Source: a virus
Lineage: Duplodnaviria; Caudoviricetes
Length of the DNA stretch: 39,908 bases
Virus record (IMG/VR): IMGVR_UViG_3300031972_001807
Coordinates: 1 to 39,908 of that record
Direction: 5' to 3' (one strand)
Positions 1 through 7,775 of the stretch are shown here, piece after piece; position 1 is the first letter of the stretch, and every line of letters begins with the position of its first letter. The notes under the pieces were generated by a model. It did no database searches, was not told the origin of the DNA, and saw only the letters and a program-made list of their open reading frames with translations. A program made the translations under genes and the position numbers.

Positions 1-204
1 CACACGATCTGGTATCACCCGACCTGGAGCAACGAGCAATTTGACCAGACGAACAAGCGGACGCACCGGCCAGGCCAAACATACGAGTGCTTCGCCTGGC
101 AGATTGCGATGCGCGCCACGAACGATGAAATCAAACTTTCACGGGTCTTGAGGAAGGCCCAGGACGAAACAGCATTCAAGGAGAGAATTAGATGCCTGAT
201 ATGA
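1..204 (+). CDS. C-terminal fragment of SNF2-like phage helicase (5' part outside window)
   Basis: Hand translation of frame 1: HTIWYHPTWSNEQFDQTNKRTHRPGQ...RIRCLI*, resembling SF2 helicase motif VI (WS.E...Q...R.HR.GQ); absent from ORF track because it has no start. Confidence 0.8.
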   Translation, partial: HTIWYHPTWSNEQFDQTNKRTHRPGQTYECFAWQIAMRATNDEIKLSRVLRKAQDETAFKERIRCLI

Positions 205-554
205 AAAAAGCCCGAACTGCAGTTGAACACGGTATGCAGCTCAATATCCGCCGGTACCACCGCGATCTACTCGTTAACAAATTAATGTTAGAGTTGGATC
301 CTTACATACCGTCAGGTAAGCACCGGCAGTTTCACGAGGCGCTGGCCGGTGTCCTGCAACGTAACGGTGTCATGATCATAAGCGACGCCGAGGCCGCCGA
401 TCTCGGCCTACCACCCAAAGACGATCTCGGGTGGACGGATAGCGACCGCTTAGCGCTTAAACGGCGTCATCACGAGATGATATCGATGAGTTCCCCCGTT
501 AGCATGGTGGCCGCGCCGGGCTCATTTGACGTCGAAGGTCTCGCAGATGAATAA
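192..554 (+). CDS. Hypothetical protein, 120 aa
   Basis: AAGGAG upstream of ATG; overlaps helicase stop. Confidence 0.7.
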   Translation: MPDMKKARTAVEHGMQLNIRRYHRDLLVNKLMLELDPYIPSGKHRQFHEALAGVLQRNGVMIISDAEAADLGLPPKDDLGWTDSDRLALKRRHHEMISMSSPVSMVAAPGSFDVEGLADE

Positions 555-876
555 GCTAACACCTGCACAGACACGTTGGTTGGCGGAGCTCCGCCGTACC
601 GGGTTCGTAGAGGCCGGATACCTGTTCGGCCGATCGCAGAAGAACGGGCCGCTGTACCGGCTCGTTGACAAGGGGCTCGCCACCGTGGGTTGGAAACCAC
701 TGCAGGGCTACGGGTTTATGCCGGTGGTTGTGTCGGGCGGCGATCCGGCTGCAATAGGTGGGAGGAACACCTGTGGGGCGGAGATAACCCCTGGCGGTCT
801 GCTTCGCCCGACACAAGATAACGATACACGTGACGCCGATGTGCGCGCAACTGACGAAGGGAAGAAACATGCTTAA
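547..876 (+). CDS. Hypothetical protein
   Basis: ATG 547 (MNKLTPAQ) overlaps previous stop; GAAGG upstream. Confidence 0.6.
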   Translation: MNKLTPAQTRWLAELRRTGFVEAGYLFGRSQKNGPLYRLVDKGLATVGWKPLQGYGFMPVVVSGGDPAAIGGRNTCGAEITPGGLLRPTQDNDTRDADVRATDEGKKHA

Positions 877-1030
877 CGTTCGCATCAGATGGAAAAGTAA
901 CGCGACAGCTAAGGACATGGGCGACGTAGTCCGTGGGTGTCGCATGGCCGGGTATCGGCTGCGCCCTGGTGGCCCAAGCCACGGTTGGTTCGTGTTCACA
1001 AAACCTTTGGAGGAAGTCGAGAATGACTAA
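869..1030 (+). CDS. Small hypothetical protein, 53 aa
   Basis: 8-nt ATGCTTAA overlap with upstream gene; purine-rich RBS; stop overlaps primase start. Confidence 0.55.
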   Translation: MLNVRIRWKSNATAKDMGDVVRGCRMAGYRLRPGGPSHGWFVFTKPLEEVEND

Positions 1031-3410
1031 GACAATCCGTATCCCTGACGAGTACGCAGCCCAGACCGAGATCCGGCACCGGCTGCTGGCGAACGGCTAT
1101 CGGCCGTTACCCACTGCGGCGAAGATCGCGTTTCAAAAGGGCTGGCCCACGATGCCGGTCACCGACCGTATCATCGACAGCTGGCCGATGATGGCCATCG
1201 GCGCGCCTGCGGTGACCACGGCCATCCAGCTCGAAGGCTGCATGGTCGCGATCGACGTTGATGTGACCGACAGCCTTGTTAGCCAGAAGGTCGAAGACCT
1301 GATGTTCGATGTCTTCGGCGCTGATGTGTTCGACGCAATGCCACTGCGCACCAGCGGATCGGCGAAGTTTATGGCACTGCTTCGTACGGAGAAGCCGTAC
1401 GGCATGTGGAAGACTGCCAAGTACCTTGGCGACGATGGCGGCGAGAATATGGTCGAGGTCTACGGTGGTGCATCCACACGTTACTTCAGCTGCTTCGGCC
1501 CGCACACGCTCGGTAAGATGATCAAAGGTCAACCATCGGTGGTGAAGGAATACACCTTCGCCGATGGTCCGACGCCGCTCGACACTAAACCGGGCGACTT
1601 ACCTTTGATCACCGAGGATCAGCTGAACACGTTTCTGATGAAGGTGGCCGACCTGCTGGCTGAACAGAAACACTTTGAGCTGATGCAGAACACCCAGGGC
1701 GGCGCGTTCGAGGCGCACACTATATACAACCTGACCGAGGACATGGTGTTTGAAACCGCCGAGGGTCCGCTCTCTTATGGCCAGGCGATCACCTTCACCA
1801 TGGACAACCGCGAGGCTCGGTGCTCGGCGTCGTTCCTGCGGGATGACAGCGGGAACACCAGCAAGTGTCGGATGAGCGTTGTCGGCCACGGCGACGAGGT
1901 GGCGTTGATGGTGTTCGACCATGAGACATGGTGCACGCACTTCCCCGAGACCTGGGCACCGCGCACGTCAGATGAACGTGACAGCATGGTCGACAGCATC
2001 GGCTCGGCGTTGACGGCGTTGATGCCGGACGAAGTGAGCGATGCGATCCTGGCCGCCCAGGAAGAGGGCGCGGACACGCTCGCGTTCGAAGACAAGCTCG
2101 ACGACCTGCTGCAGAACCTGGCGTTCAACTATAAGGACGGCACGTACCACCATCTGCGGCGCGGGATGATCTGGAGCGGCGTGTCGCGCGGGACGCTGAT
2201 GGCGCACCTGCGCCAGCACGATCTGTCATGGGAGGGGCCCCGTGGTGGGCGACGTAAGCTGTCGATCGTGGACGCGTGGGACAAGTACCCTGAACGCCTG
2301 CAGATCGCAGGTATTCGGTTCAGGCCGGACCAAGAGCTGTTCTACGAGCGTGACGGCGAGACGTGGGGGAACGGGTTTTTCGGCCTGGCGCACAGCGACG
2401 AGGACGACGAAGAGGCGATGCAAGTTGTTATAGCCTTCCTCGAGCACCTTATACCTGATGCAACCGAACGGGATTGGTTCTGGGACTGGCTAGCCACGAA
2501 ATACCAGAACCCGGAGCAGCGTAACTGCGCGGTGCTGTTCGTAGCAGCTGGGATGCAGGGTACAGGGCGCGGCACGCTGTTCTCTATGTTGAACGTAGCG
2601 TTCGATAAGTACACGTCCACCGTGCGCGAACGCGACCTGCTCGACAGCAAATTTAATGGGTACCTGGAGCAGAACCTGATTGTCACGTGTAACGAGCTGG
2701 GCGGTATGGGCTACCATGAGCGGAAGAAAGGGTACGAGAGTTTGAAAGACACCGTTGACCCGAGCCAGACGATCGTGTCGATCGAGCGTAAAGGTGTCGA
2801 AGCCTACCAGACTGAGACGTTCACGAGCTTCATATTCGCGACCAACCAGCCCGGCGCTATCCCCATGGACGCAGAGGATAGGCGTTTCGCAGTCATCACC
2901 AACGGTGACATGTTGAAAGGCGATCTGTTGCAGGCGATCATCCGGGTCGGTAAAGAGCGGCTCGGCCTGGCCGTGGCAAACATGCTGGCCTACACCGAGG
3001 TGCGGCACAGCGGGTTCAATGAAGCGCCGAGGTTCGCAGGTAAGACCGCGATGCTCGAGGCGAACGACACCGAGCTCGATGACGCCATCCGAGAACTGAT
3101 CGACGAAGCCCCCGAGTGGCGCGCATGGCGACGCTCAGACTTCGAGAAAGCCGTTAAACTGGCTATGACAGGCTCGAGCAATGGTAAGGTCCCGGGGCTC
3201 CGTCAAGAGGTGTCTCAGATGGTCGGAAGAAGGGCTGATCGGGTGGGTGCAGAACTGCTCCGAAGTAAGGTAAAAGTCGGTTCCAGTCCTGTTGCGGTTA
3301 TCGCGAAAAACCCGGATATTTTTCTCCGCGTAACGCCAGAGGAGAGATTAAAAATTTGCTCTGGTGTCGAGGCGGACTGGGATGCGACAAATATCGTACC
3401 AATCCGTTAG
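1023..3410 (+). CDS. Bifunctional primase-polymerase (Prim-Pol) fused to P-loop helicase (DUF5906/NrS-1-like)
   Basis: GGAGG RBS; N-terminal GYRPLP..K..GW and catalytic AIDVDV; C-terminal GMQGTGRGT (Walker A-like), IVTCNE (Walker B), FIFATN, EDRRFAV. Confidence 0.85.
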   Translation: MTKTIRIPDEYAAQTEIRHRLLANGYRPLPTAAKIAFQKGWPTMPVTDRIIDSWPMMAIGAPAVTTAIQLEGCMVAIDVDVTDSLVSQKVEDLMFDVFGADVFDAMPLRTSGSAKFMALLRTEKPYGMWKTAKYLGDDGGENMVEVYGGASTRYFSCFGPHTLGKMIKGQPSVVKEYTFADGPTPLDTKPGDLPLITEDQLNTFLMKVADLLAEQKHFELMQNTQGGAFEAHTIYNLTEDMVFETAEGPLSYGQAITFTMDNREARCSASFLRDDSGNTSKCRMSVVGHGDEVALMVFDHETWCTHFPETWAPRTSDERDSMVDSIGSALTALMPDEVSDAILAAQEEGADTLAFEDKLDDLLQNLAFNYKDGTYHHLRRGMIWSGVSRGTLMAHLRQHDLSWEGPRGGRRKLSIVDAWDKYPERLQIAGIRFRPDQELFYERDGETWGNGFFGLAHSDEDDEEAMQVVIAFLEHLIPDATERDWFWDWLATKYQNPEQRNCAVLFVAAGMQGTGRGTLFSMLNVAFDKYTSTVRERDLLDSKFNGYLEQNLIVTCNELGGMGYHERKKGYESLKDTVDPSQTIVSIERKGVEAYQTETFTSFIFATNQPGAIPMDAEDRRFAVITNGDMLKGDLLQAIIRVGKERLGLAVANMLAYTEVRHSGFNEAPRFAGKTAMLEANDTELDDAIRELIDEAPEWRAWRRSDFEKAVKLAMTGSSNGKVPGLRQEVSQMVGRRADRVGAELLRSKVKVGSSPVAVIAKNPDIFLRVTPEERLKICSGVEADWDATNIVPIR

Positions 3411-3560
3411 GTACCTTTTAAAAAGTGAACCCGGGTTTTTCCCTTATAAACCCGGGTCTTAACCCCCTTTTGTTGCAGTAGCACTTTTTATATAACTAGA
3501 GAGAGAGAGTATATAAGTAATAAAAAGGGTATAGGGCGTGTATGTCTATCCTATGGTATG
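3411..3560. other. AT-rich non-coding region with repeats; candidate replication origin or genome end
   Basis: Low GC; AACCCGGGT at 3428 and 3449; TATATAA at 3489 and 3510 flanking an (AG)6 tract; directly after primase. Confidence 0.5.
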
Positions 3561-3611
3561 GGCCGAACCGCAGAAAGAATGCAACCGCAACGGCGGCCGC
3601 TAAAAACCCTC

Positions 3612-3639
3612 TTGACCATCGTACGGTACCTTGTATTAT
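3612..3639 (+). promoter_or_regulatory. Sigma70-like promoter for small early genes
   Basis: TTGACC (3612-3617), 16 nt, TATTAT (3634-3639). Confidence 0.55.
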
Positions 3640-3704
3640 GGACCCATCTGAAACTTTACCAAAACGCTTACCGGCAACGTAAGCAAGCAAACGGAGAGAA
3701 TGGT

Positions 3705-3938
3705 ATGGCCAACTCAGCACTTCACACAAACATCGAAAACGCACTGAACAAGGGTATGACGGTTACGGTTGCAACAGCGATGCGAAAAACAAAGATCAAC
3801 AAAAAACACACTGAGGTTTGGGGCGATGTGCCTTACTTCATGACGGACGACAGCGGTAAAACCTTGATGATTGCCCGCCAGTCTAAGGGCAGGCCGCTTT
3901 ATGACTGCATCGACGGCTGCCGCGTGACAGCAGCCTAA
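3705..3938 (+). CDS. Hypothetical early protein, 77 aa
   Basis: GGAGAG RBS before ATG 3705 (MANSALHT), downstream of promoter. Confidence 0.7.
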   Translation: MANSALHTNIENALNKGMTVTVATAMRKTKINKKHTEVWGDVPYFMTDDSGKTLMIARQSKGRPLYDCIDGCRVTAA

Positions 3939-4031
3939 ACCGCCAAACTGTACGGTATCAACGCGCACAGCCGCCATGGTCGACTACGCTGACGTTACAG
4001 GTTGCGGCGACCATTTAAAAAGGACCTAAAA

Positions 4032-4502
4032 ATGAAGAATATATTTCTAAGCGAGGTAGCCAACGGTTACCAAATCTTGCAACTTGATGCCGCGGAACAC
4101 CTCGCACCCAGCGTCAAAACTAAACTTCGTGATATTATGGTACGCGAGGCGCGATACACCCCTCGGCTTAACAGCCGGGGCGAGCCGATGCGGTGCAAGA
4201 GTAGCGGGTGCTGCGAGCGCGCCATGGCTGGCGCACGTAAACAGCTGCGCCCGACACACTACGCCGCGTTTCTCGAGAAGAGCAACAGGGCCCGTGCAAT
4301 GCCGCGATGCACGCGGTGCAATGTTCACACTCAGATGGAGCTGTTCGGCGAACCGTGCTGCACCGTGTGCGGAGAGAAAGAGCTCGAGAAACTTCGGGCT
4401 GCCGACCAGGCGCGAGATGCGCAGGCGCGTAAGCTGCGCGAAATCGACAACGTTGAAACCGTGCACGACCTGCGCGAATGGATAAAGGAATACCTGCTAT
4501 GA
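4032..4502 (+). CDS. Cys-rich, probable zinc-binding protein
   Basis: AAGGA RBS; CKSSGCC, CTRC and CCTVC clusters; coiled-coil-like tail. Confidence 0.7.
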   Translation: MKNIFLSEVANGYQILQLDAAEHLAPSVKTKLRDIMVREARYTPRLNSRGEPMRCKSSGCCERAMAGARKQLRPTHYAAFLEKSNRARAMPRCTRCNVHTQMELFGEPCCTVCGEKELEKLRAADQARDAQARKLREIDNVETVHDLREWIKEYLL

Positions 4503-4732
4503 TACGGAAGATTTACAAGGACCAGGTGCGACGGGTAGTCATCCGAGCCACCGTGGCGGCGTTGATCTGCAACGTGCTGTTTTTCATCGGCATCACTTGC
4601 CTGGCGGTCGGGTTCGCGACGTTCTTGGTGGCCCCTCTCTTGGTTGTCGTGTTCACGGATAACATCGCATGGCTCGGGCTCTACGCCACCCACGTTGCGC
4701 TGGTGGCGTATACCGAAGGGGTGGGCAGATGA
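4499..4732 (+). CDS. Small membrane protein
   Basis: ATGA overlap; long hydrophobic stretches. Confidence 0.65.
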   Translation: MIRKIYKDQVRRVVIRATVAALICNVLFFIGITCLAVGFATFLVAPLLVVVFTDNIAWLGLYATHVALVAYTEGVGR

Positions 4733-4932
4733 GAGCCCATATTTTTGAAGCTAAGCTGAACCGCATCCGCGACGCGTACCTTGCGCGCCGCGCTGCAGCC
4801 GAAGACCTTCTCGAGGGTACACGCTCGAACCTGCGCTTTGAGCAGCTTGAGCACCTTCGGGAAGCCTACCAGACCGCCAACATCGAACTAACACTGATCT
4901 TAACCGAGGAACTATCCGATGAACTACGTTGA
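4729..4932 (+). CDS. Hypothetical helical protein
   Basis: ATGA overlap with upstream gene. Confidence 0.6.
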   Translation: MRAHIFEAKLNRIRDAYLARRAAAEDLLEGTRSNLRFEQLEHLREAYQTANIELTLILTEELSDELR

Positions 4933-5206
4933 AGAAAACCACCAGACCCCCGTAACGATGAAACTTCACATCGTATCGTGGAAGCCGCAGCAAGGCTTTG
5001 GCTTTGCTACCGTCCATAGCAAAAGGCACGAGGAAGTTTACATACCTGCGTCCGTCGCCAGACACACCAAGCTGGCCGATCTATCGCCAGGTAACGTCGT
5101 CACCGCCCAGGTTGTACCGAACCCGCAGCCCCGTGGTAAGGTCATATGGATGGCGACTTTCGTGTCACTATCCGACAGCGATATGACGATCGGGACGATC
5201 AACTGA
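4919..5206 (+). CDS. Cold-shock-domain-like OB-fold protein
   Basis: GAGG RBS; IVSWKPQQGFGFA (RNP1-like), EEVYIP, LSPGNVV. Confidence 0.65.
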   Translation: MNYVEENHQTPVTMKLHIVSWKPQQGFGFATVHSKRHEEVYIPASVARHTKLADLSPGNVVTAQVVPNPQPRGKVIWMATFVSLSDSDMTIGTIN

Positions 5207-5211
5207 ATTTG

Positions 5212-5241
5212 TTGCGAACACACCCCGCAGTGGATTATATT
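5212..5241 (+). promoter_or_regulatory. Sigma70-like promoter, probably giving a leaderless terS mRNA
   Basis: TTGCGA, 18 nt, TATATT; ATG follows after 7 nt with no Shine-Dalgarno. Confidence 0.5.
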
Positions 5242-5248
5242 TCTGCTT

Positions 5249-5752
5249 ATGAGCGAGGGTAAAACACATACACGTAAGCGTACCGGGCGTCCGTCGAATG
5301 AATTTTCGGCGGACATCCTGCGTTTAATGGAGCAATATCAAGGCTCTAGCACTGTCACACATATGTGCGAGTACCTAGGTATCAGTAGCACCGTGTTCTA
5401 CAAATGGTTAGCGAATGAGCCAACCTTTAGCGAAGCGGTCATGGAAGCCAAGTCTCGCGTCGATGATTTGGTCGAGGCAGCATTCCTAAAACGAGCCAAA
5501 GGGTACCGTTATTCTGAGGTCTCAGAACGGACCGAAGAGGGCATCGACAAGGAAGGCAACGCGATCTCGAAGTACGTTCGTGTCGAGACGCCCAAGCACT
5601 TGCCACCTGATGCTGGCGCAGCCCTGAACTGGCTGAAGAACCGTCGCCCTGATCAGTGGCGCGACAAGACTGTCGTTGAGCTGACAGGTGATCACGCCGC
5701 GATGGTTGAACAGTTCATCGCCCAGCGCGAGGCCGCCAAGAATGAAACATGA
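5249..5752 (+). CDS. terS: Terminase small subunit
   Basis: TGRPS, HTH (CEYLGISSTVFYKW), PPDAGAALNWLKNRRPDQWRDK motif; upstream of terL. Confidence 0.85.
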   Translation: MSEGKTHTRKRTGRPSNEFSADILRLMEQYQGSSTVTHMCEYLGISSTVFYKWLANEPTFSEAVMEAKSRVDDLVEAAFLKRAKGYRYSEVSERTEEGIDKEGNAISKYVRVETPKHLPPDAGAALNWLKNRRPDQWRDKTVVELTGDHAAMVEQFIAQREAAKNET

Positions 5753-5909
5753 ATACGCCATTATCCTGATCGCCAGCGTTGGCATCTACGACCATGTGCA
5801 CCGGACTGGTACGCTCATGGGTGGATCCTACTGGCAGTGGGCCGTCATGGTCCTGGGTGTCTGGGCTGTTGAGCGGTTCATCGTACGGCGGTCGTACTAT
5901 GGTCAGTAA
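5742..5909 (+). CDS. Small hydrophobic protein between terS and terL, 55 aa
   Basis: Fills the gap with overlaps at both ends; hydrophobic segments. Confidence 0.5.
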   Translation: MKHEYAIILIASVGIYDHVHRTGTLMGGSYWQWAVMVLGVWAVERFIVRRSYYGQ

Positions 5910-7389
5910 AGCCCAGTTCGAACAAGAGCGGGCCATGCTCGCGGCCGAGGCTCGGTACGATCCGCTGTTGTTCGCCGAGCAAGCCTGGCCGTGGGGTCAT
6001 GGGAAGCTCGCGGGTAAAGACATTCGTTGCTGGCAGAGCGAAGTCATGGACGAGATCGCCGCGCACCTCGACGACCCTGTCACCCGGCACCAGCTAATCC
6101 GTATCGCCGTGGCCAGTGGTCACGGTATCGGCAAATCTGCCTTGACCGGGATGTTGGTCACCTGGGCGCTGTCGTGCTGGACGGATCCTCGGATCGTCAT
6201 CACAGCCAACTCTGAGAGCCAGCTGATGACCAAGACCAGCCCCGAGATCGGGCAATGGGTTCGCAGCTCGATATTCGGCGACCTGTTCACGACCGAGACG
6301 ATGTCGATCAAGTACAAGCCACGGCCCGAGCAGCATCGGGCCGATCTGCTGACCAACACCGAACACAACCCCGATGCCTTCGCCGGTCTGCACGCTGCAG
6401 GTCGTTTGGTCTTGGTGATCGTGGACGAGGCGTCAGGCCTACCCGATAACATCTACAAGACGATCCTCGGGGCTATGACTGACGAGGGAACGGTCTTGAT
6501 GTTCGTGATGATGGGTAACCCCGTATCGCCGACCGGCTCGTTCCGCGAGGCATTCCGTAAGAACCGCGCTTTGTGGCACACGTGGAACGTGGACAGCCGC
6601 ACAGTCGAAGGCACCAACAAGCAACTGCTGCAAGAGATCATCGACGAGTTCGGCGAGGACAGCGACACGGCCAAGGTTCGGGTCAAAGGCCAGTTCCCGA
6701 GCGTGTCACAGAAGCAGTTCATCCCAACACCGTACGTGGATGCAGCCTATGGCCGCCATCTCCGCAAGGAACAATACGACTTCGCGCCGAGCATCATCAC
6801 CTGCGACCCAGCCTGGGACGGTGACGACACGCTTGTGATCGGGCACCGTAAAGGCCTGATGTACGAAGAGCTCGAGCTGCTCGAGAAGAACACCAACGAT
6901 TACTTCATCGCTGCCAAGCTGGCCCACTACGAGGATCAGCTCGACGCTGACGCCGTGTTCATCGACGCCGGTTACGGGACAGGGATCTATAGCGCCGGTA
7001 CGACGATGGGCCGAGCGTGGCGTCTGGTCTGGTTCGGTGAGAAGGCCACGGACCCAGGCTATCGGAACAAGCGCGCCGAGATGTACGGCCGGGCCCGCAG
7101 CTGGCTCGCTGCTGGTGGTGCGATCCCGAAGATCCAGCGCCTTTATGACGATCTGGTGTCGATCGAGACCAAGCCCGCAGGCGGTGACGACGGCGTCATC
7201 CAGCTGAAGGGCAAGCAAGAAATGAAGAAAGATGGGTTACCGTCGACCGATCACTCCGACGCATTTGTGCTCAGCTTCGCCTATGAGGTACAAAGGAAGC
7301 TGAAAGACACGGCCGAAGTGACGCACCCACACGGGAACCGCGGCTACACGACGGCCACCGACACCGAATATGATCCTTACGGAGACTGA
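5899..7389 (+). CDS. terL: Terminase large subunit
   Basis: Walker A ASGHGIGKS, Walker B VIVDEASG, MGNP, nuclease residues CDPA..GDD, FIDAGYG, STDHSDA; start set at ATG 5899. Confidence 0.95.
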   Translation: MVSKAQFEQERAMLAAEARYDPLLFAEQAWPWGHGKLAGKDIRCWQSEVMDEIAAHLDDPVTRHQLIRIAVASGHGIGKSALTGMLVTWALSCWTDPRIVITANSESQLMTKTSPEIGQWVRSSIFGDLFTTETMSIKYKPRPEQHRADLLTNTEHNPDAFAGLHAAGRLVLVIVDEASGLPDNIYKTILGAMTDEGTVLMFVMMGNPVSPTGSFREAFRKNRALWHTWNVDSRTVEGTNKQLLQEIIDEFGEDSDTAKVRVKGQFPSVSQKQFIPTPYVDAAYGRHLRKEQYDFAPSIITCDPAWDGDDTLVIGHRKGLMYEELELLEKNTNDYFIAAKLAHYEDQLDADAVFIDAGYGTGIYSAGTTMGRAWRLVWFGEKATDPGYRNKRAEMYGRARSWLAAGGAIPKIQRLYDDLVSIETKPAGGDDGVIQLKGKQEMKKDGLPSTDHSDAFVLSFAYEVQRKLKDTAEVTHPHGNRGYTTATDTEYDPYGD

Positions 7390-7392
7390 ACC

Positions 7393-7599
7393 ATGTGCAA
7401 AGCCAAGACACCCGACCCCGTGACGCTGCCAACCCAGCGGGCTTTGGCACGCACGCCGCAGTACGCTGTCACGGATCGCGATACGCAGAAGATCAACAGC
7501 ACCGAGCAGCAGCGCGTCACGATCGTTAACCCGAGCGGTGGTCAGTCATCTGCACCTACCGCACAGCTCGGCGGAACCGCCGTTGTTCTGGGGGGCTGA
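7393..7599 (+). CDS. Small putative virion protein, 68 aa
   Basis: GGAG RBS; MC start and VLGG end typical of the pre-portal gene in such podoviruses. Confidence 0.65.
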   Translation: MCKAKTPDPVTLPTQRALARTPQYAVTDRDTQKINSTEQQRVTIVNPSGGQSSAPTAQLGGTAVVLGG

Positions 7600-7602
7600 C
7601 CA

Positions 7603-7773
7603 GTGCCAGACACGCAGTTAGACCTAGCCACGCGCATCTTCATCACCATCCTGACAGCGATCCTGTTCTTCCCGGTGGTTATATTCTCTGCGGCATACGG
7701 TGCCGTGATCTACGGTTGTGAAGAGGTCCGAGTGATCCACGCAGGCGTGGCTGACATGTGGAAAGGTAAGTAA
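7603..7773 (+). CDS. Small membrane protein, 56 aa
   Basis: Hand translation from GTG: MPDTQLDLATRIFITILTAILFFPVVIFSAAYGAVIYG...KGK*; fills gap before portal. Confidence 0.5.
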   Translation: MPDTQLDLATRIFITILTAILFFPVVIFSAAYGAVIYGCEEVRVIHAGVADMWKGK

Positions 7774-7775
7774 GC

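Noticed and set aside
3496-3744. 82-aa minus-strand ORF and the upstream extension of 3558-3938
   Set aside because: They overlap the AT-rich element and promoter; the RBS supports ATG 3705.
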